From NCBI GenBank assembly GCA_024408495.1, contig JAKSUY010000003.1, positions 1 through 59,109 of the forward strand: DNA of 59,109 nucleotides, read 5' to 3'. The stretch comes from Bacilli bacterium. GTDB lineage: Bacteria > Bacillota_I > Bacilli_A > RFN20 > CAG-826. The first letter of the stretch is position 1; the number at the start of each line of letters is the position of its first letter. The translations under genes and the position numbers were made by a program. The notes under the pieces are model-generated. The model had not been told where the DNA came from and did not search any database. It saw only the letters and a list, made by a program, of their open reading frames with translations. Below, one piece after another: positions 55,828 to 59,109 of the stretch.

Positions 55828-58491
55828 TTATGCTACTTCGTCGGGAGAAACTACTTTCTCTTCCTTTTCTTCCTCTTCTTGAGGTTCAGCAGCTTTCGCT
55901 TCCGCTACAGCGGCTTTGATTTCTTCTTCGCTCACGCCTTCGGCTGGTAATTCACCCGCATTTGGATCAACTTCACCACCACCAACATCGTGAGGAATAA
56001 CAGTAACACCTACTACTTTATGGCCTTCTTCAAGGCGAATTACGCGTACGCCTTGAGTGTTACGACCGCTTAATTTAATTTGAGCAATTGGAACACGAAT
56101 CACAATACCACCAGTAGTGATAATCATTAAATCTTCGTCACCGTTAACTTGTTTAGTAGCAATTAAACGACCATTCTTTTGTGTGGTATTCAAGGTTAAG
56201 ACACCTTTAGTTCCACGATTGGTTTGACGGTATTCACTAGATTCGGTCATCTTACCATAACCATTTTGAGTAATGGCTAAGACGATATGACCTTCTAAGG
56301 AAGTTGATGCACTTACAACAGTTGTGCCAGTTGCATTCATACCTTTAACACCGGTAGCGGTTCTTCCCATTGGGCGAACGGTAGTTTCTGGGAAGTTAAC
56401 CATCTTGCCTTTAGCATTCGACATACCAAGCATACATTCGCCATTAGTTTGTTTAACATCTAATAATTGATCACCTTCACGTAAACCGATTGCGATCTTA
56501 CCGTTTTGGCGAATAGAAATATATTCCGCAATTGGAGTTCTCTTAACTAAGCCATTACGAGTAAAGAAAGTTAGGAATCCTTGCGGCTCAGTGTTATCAC
56601 CTAAGTCAATAATTGACATGATTCTTTCTTCTTTTTCAAGGTTAAGTAAATTTTGGACTGGAATGCCTTTTGAAATTCTTCCGCCTTCTGGAACTTTATA
56701 GCCACGAATACGATAAACCTTACCTTTGTTAGAGAAGAATAATAAGTTTGTATGAGTCTTGGTGTGTAAGAGTAAACGAATTAAATCGGTATCTCCAACC
56801 GTCACACCCCGGACACCACGACCGCCTCTATTCTGAGTTCTAAAAGTATCTGTTGTCATTCTCTTAACATAACCGTTTTGAGTGATAACTACGACGATAT
56901 CTTGTTGTGGAATGAGTGATTCATCATCAATATCACCAAGCGAGTCACTAATTTCAGTACGTCTATCATCAGCGAATCTTTGTTTAACTTCTTCAAGTTC
57001 TTTAATGACGACTTCGATTTCGTTACCTCTACTCTCTAAGATATGTTGATAATCTTTAATGCGTTGCTCAAGTTCAGCCTTTTCCTCATCAAGTTTGGTT
57101 TTTTCTAACCCGGTTAGACGACGTAATGTCATGGCTAAAATTGCTTGAGTTTGCGGTTCAGAGAAATCAAATTTATTCATTAAAGAAGTAATCGCTTCTT
57201 CTGGAGTTGCGCTGTGACGAATAATATGGACAACTTCATCAATATTATCGACCGCTTTTAATAAACCTAAGACGATGTGTCTACGGTCTTCATCTTTCTT
57301 TAATAAGAATTTAGTACGTCTAGCAACAACTTCGATTTGATGTTCAAGATAATCTTTTAAAATTGCGGTAATTGGTAAGATTTTTGGTGCACCGTTTTCT
57401 AAGCAGAGGAAGATGATGCCAAAAGTCGTTTGCAATTGAGTTAATTTATATAAGTGATTAAGAATAACTTCTGGAATACAATCGTGTCTTACATCAATAA
57501 CAACACGGATTCCTTCTTTATTTGATTCATCACGAATGTTCGTAATACCATCAATTACTTTATCTTTAACAAGTTCCGCGATTGATTCAATTAATCTTGC
57601 TTTATTAACGCCATAAGGAATTTCTTCAACAATAATCCGTTTACGACCAGTAGATTCGCTTTCTTCTACGTGACATTTCGAACGGATCACAATTGATCCG
57701 CTACCGGTATCATAAGCATCTTTAATGCCTTGGCGACCTAAAATAGTACCTCCAGTTGGGAAGTCTGGACCAGGCATAATGCCCATAATATCTAATGTAG
57801 TTAATTCAGGATTTTTAGCAATCGCTATAGTTGCGTCAATTGCTTCACCTAAGTTATGAGTAGGGATATTGGTTGCCATACCAACCGCGATACCACTACT
57901 ACCATTAACAAGTAAGTTCGGGAAACGAGAAGGTAATACGGTTGGTTCTTGGTCAACGCCATCGTAGTTATCCATGAAATCAACAACATCGCAATCAATA
58001 TCTCTAACCATTTGTAGAGCTAACTTAGCGAGTCTAGCTTCTGTATAACGATAAGCCGCAGGCTCATCACCATCAATACTACCAAAGTTACCATGACCAT
58101 CAACGAGAATATTTCTCATTGCGAATGGTTGCGCTAATCTTACAACCGCACCATAAATCGCGGCGTCACCATGTGGGTGATATTTTCCCATGACATCACC
58201 AACGATACGTGCACATTTCTTATGTGGTTTATCAGGGGTGGTGCCACTTTCAAACATGGAATAAATAATACGGCGGTGAACTGGTTTCATACCATCACGT
58301 ACATCAGGAATTGCACGTGCAACAATAACGCTCATCGCGTAATCAAGGAACGCGCTTTGAACTTGATCAGAGATATCGACATCTTGAAGTCCGGGAACAA
58401 TACCAGCTTCCGCTTCAGTAGAGGCGGTCGCTTCAACTTTAACTTCTTCTTTAACTTCGGCTTCAACTTTCTTTTCTTTTTTCTTTGCCAT
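55828..58491 (-). CDS. gyrA: DNA gyrase subunit A
   Basis: YAMSVIV.RA.PD.RDG.KPV.RR, HPHGD, AAYRYTE, GyrA-box QNRGGRG, beta-pinwheel repeats, acidic tail. Confidence 0.97.
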   Translation of the reverse strand: MAKKKEKKVEAEVKEEVKVEATASTEAEAGIVPGLQDVDISDQVQSAFLDYAMSVIVARAIPDVRDGMKPVHRRIIYSMFESGTTPDKPHKKCARIVGDVMGKYHPHGDAAIYGAVVRLAQPFAMRNILVDGHGNFGSIDGDEPAAYRYTEARLAKLALQMVRDIDCDVVDFMDNYDGVDQEPTVLPSRFPNLLVNGSSGIAVGMATNIPTHNLGEAIDATIAIAKNPELTTLDIMGIMPGPDFPTGGTILGRQGIKDAYDTGSGSIVIRSKCHVEESESTGRKRIIVEEIPYGVNKARLIESIAELVKDKVIDGITNIRDESNKEGIRVVIDVRHDCIPEVILNHLYKLTQLQTTFGIIFLCLENGAPKILPITAILKDYLEHQIEVVARRTKFLLKKDEDRRHIVLGLLKAVDNIDEVVHIIRHSATPEEAITSLMNKFDFSEPQTQAILAMTLRRLTGLEKTKLDEEKAELEQRIKDYQHILESRGNEIEVVIKELEEVKQRFADDRRTEISDSLGDIDDESLIPQQDIVVVITQNGYVKRMTTDTFRTQNRGGRGVRGVTVGDTDLIRLLLHTKTHTNLLFFSNKGKVYRIRGYKVPEGGRISKGIPVQNLLNLEKEERIMSIIDLGDNTEPQGFLTFFTRNGLVKRTPIAEYISIRQNGKIAIGLREGDQLLDVKQTNGECMLGMSNAKGKMVNFPETTVRPMGRTATGVKGMNATGTTVVSASTSLEGHIVLAITQNGYGKMTESSEYRQTNRGTKGVLTLNTTQKNGRLIATKQVNGDEDLMIITTGGIVIRVPIAQIKLSGRNTQGVRVIRLEEGHKVVGVTVIPHDVGGGEVDPNAGELPAEGVSEEEIKAAVAEAKAAEPQEEEEKEEKVVSPDEVA

Positions 58492-58506
58492 AAACTAAGT
58501 CCTCCT

Positions 58507-59109
58507 TTATAAGTCAAGATTCTTAACGAACTTCGCGTTCTCGTGGATGAATGTTTTTCTTGGCATAACATCATCACCCATTAAGTTGGTGAAGATTTGA
58601 TCCGCTAACATCGCATCTTTAATTGTTACACGAAGCATCTTTCTTGCTTTTGGATCCATGGTAGTTTCAAATAATTGCTCAGCATCCATTTCACCAAGAC
58701 CTTTATAGCGTTGGAATGGATAACCAGCTTTTAATTGTAATTTCTTTTTGAGTTCTTCTAGTTGCGCATCGTTATAGCAGTAATACGGTTTTTGATGGTA
58801 TTCAACTTTATATAACGGTGGTTGCGCAATATAGACGTGACCTTCCGTAATTAAAGATTTCATAAATCTAAAGAAGAAGGTTAATAACAAGATTCTAATG
58901 TGACTGCCGTCAACATCAGCATCGGTCATAATTACAACTTTGTCATAACGAATCTTAGTAACATCAAATTCAGGATCAACACCTGCTCCAATGGCCATAA
59001 TCATATTTCCGATTTCAGCATTTTCAAACGCTCTTTGTTGATCAACTTTTTCCACGTTAAGAATCTTACCTCTTAAAGGTAGAATCGCTTGAGTTCTACG
59101 GTCACGACC
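58507..59109 (-). CDS. gyrB: DNA gyrase subunit B, C-terminal part (truncated by window edge)
   Basis: QAILPLRGKILNVEK, MTDADVDGSHI, AQPPLY, RYKGLGEM. Confidence 0.96.
   Translation of the reverse strand, partial: GRDRRTQAILPLRGKILNVEKVDQQRAFENAEIGNMIMAIGAGVDPEFDVTKIRYDKVVIMTDADVDGSHIRILLLTFFFRFMKSLITEGHVYIAQPPLYKVEYHQKPYYCYNDAQLEELKKKLQLKAGYPFQRYKGLGEMDAEQLFETTMDPKARKMLRVTIKDAMLADQIFTNLMGDDVMPRKTFIHENAKFVKNLDL

Noticed and set aside
1-59109. Alternative genetic code (TGA=Trp, CGG=Trp or AGG=Met as reported in some uncultured Bacilli)
   Set aside because: TGA ends genes at expected positions (psuG, pmbA, P-type ATPase). CGG occurs at Arg-compatible sites (GyrA GRKRII and RGVRG, PmbA DKRI), AGG in the ATPase LARV motif, and CGA in LicC IERQI.

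Overview
Low-GC bacterial chromosome segment read in genetic code 11 (TGA is a stop; CGG, AGG and CGA sit at conserved Arg positions). Gene content and order suggest a genome-reduced Bacillota, probably an uncultured Mollicutes-like Bacilli lineage (inference). The backbone is origin-proximal housekeeping DNA, mostly on the minus strand: gyrB(partial)-gyrA-serS-SRP RNA-tadA, rpsF-ssb-rpsR-gdpP-rplI-dnaB-yycJ-rlmH, rpmE-metG, ecfA1A2T-truA-yebC-psuGK. A Na+-pumping decarboxylase operon (oadA/G/biotin carrier/oadB, with birA 7 kb away) lies at the left end. Accessory blocks are: a surface-glycan/phosphocholine cluster with a large membrane-anchored surface protein (2.5-9.6 kb); a DUF4143-type AAA ATPase with three 23-bp-spaced direct repeats inserted between ecfT and truA; a split aconitase X pair; an FAD oxidoreductase-CofE-like ligase-TldD-TldE operon; and three lipoproteins. 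The most promising unannotated signals are: (1) a probable type I toxin-antitoxin-like structured RNA/small-peptide locus at about 36.05-36.30 kb; (2) two paralogous lipoproteins whose helical repeats alternate acidic and basic motifs in complementary register; (3) a small protein ending in -SDYGD overlapping a RimK/LysX-type ligase, reminiscent of a LysW carrier system. I saw no tRNA, rRNA, CRISPR array, transposase or integrase. All calls come from motif recognition by eye; no database searches were run.
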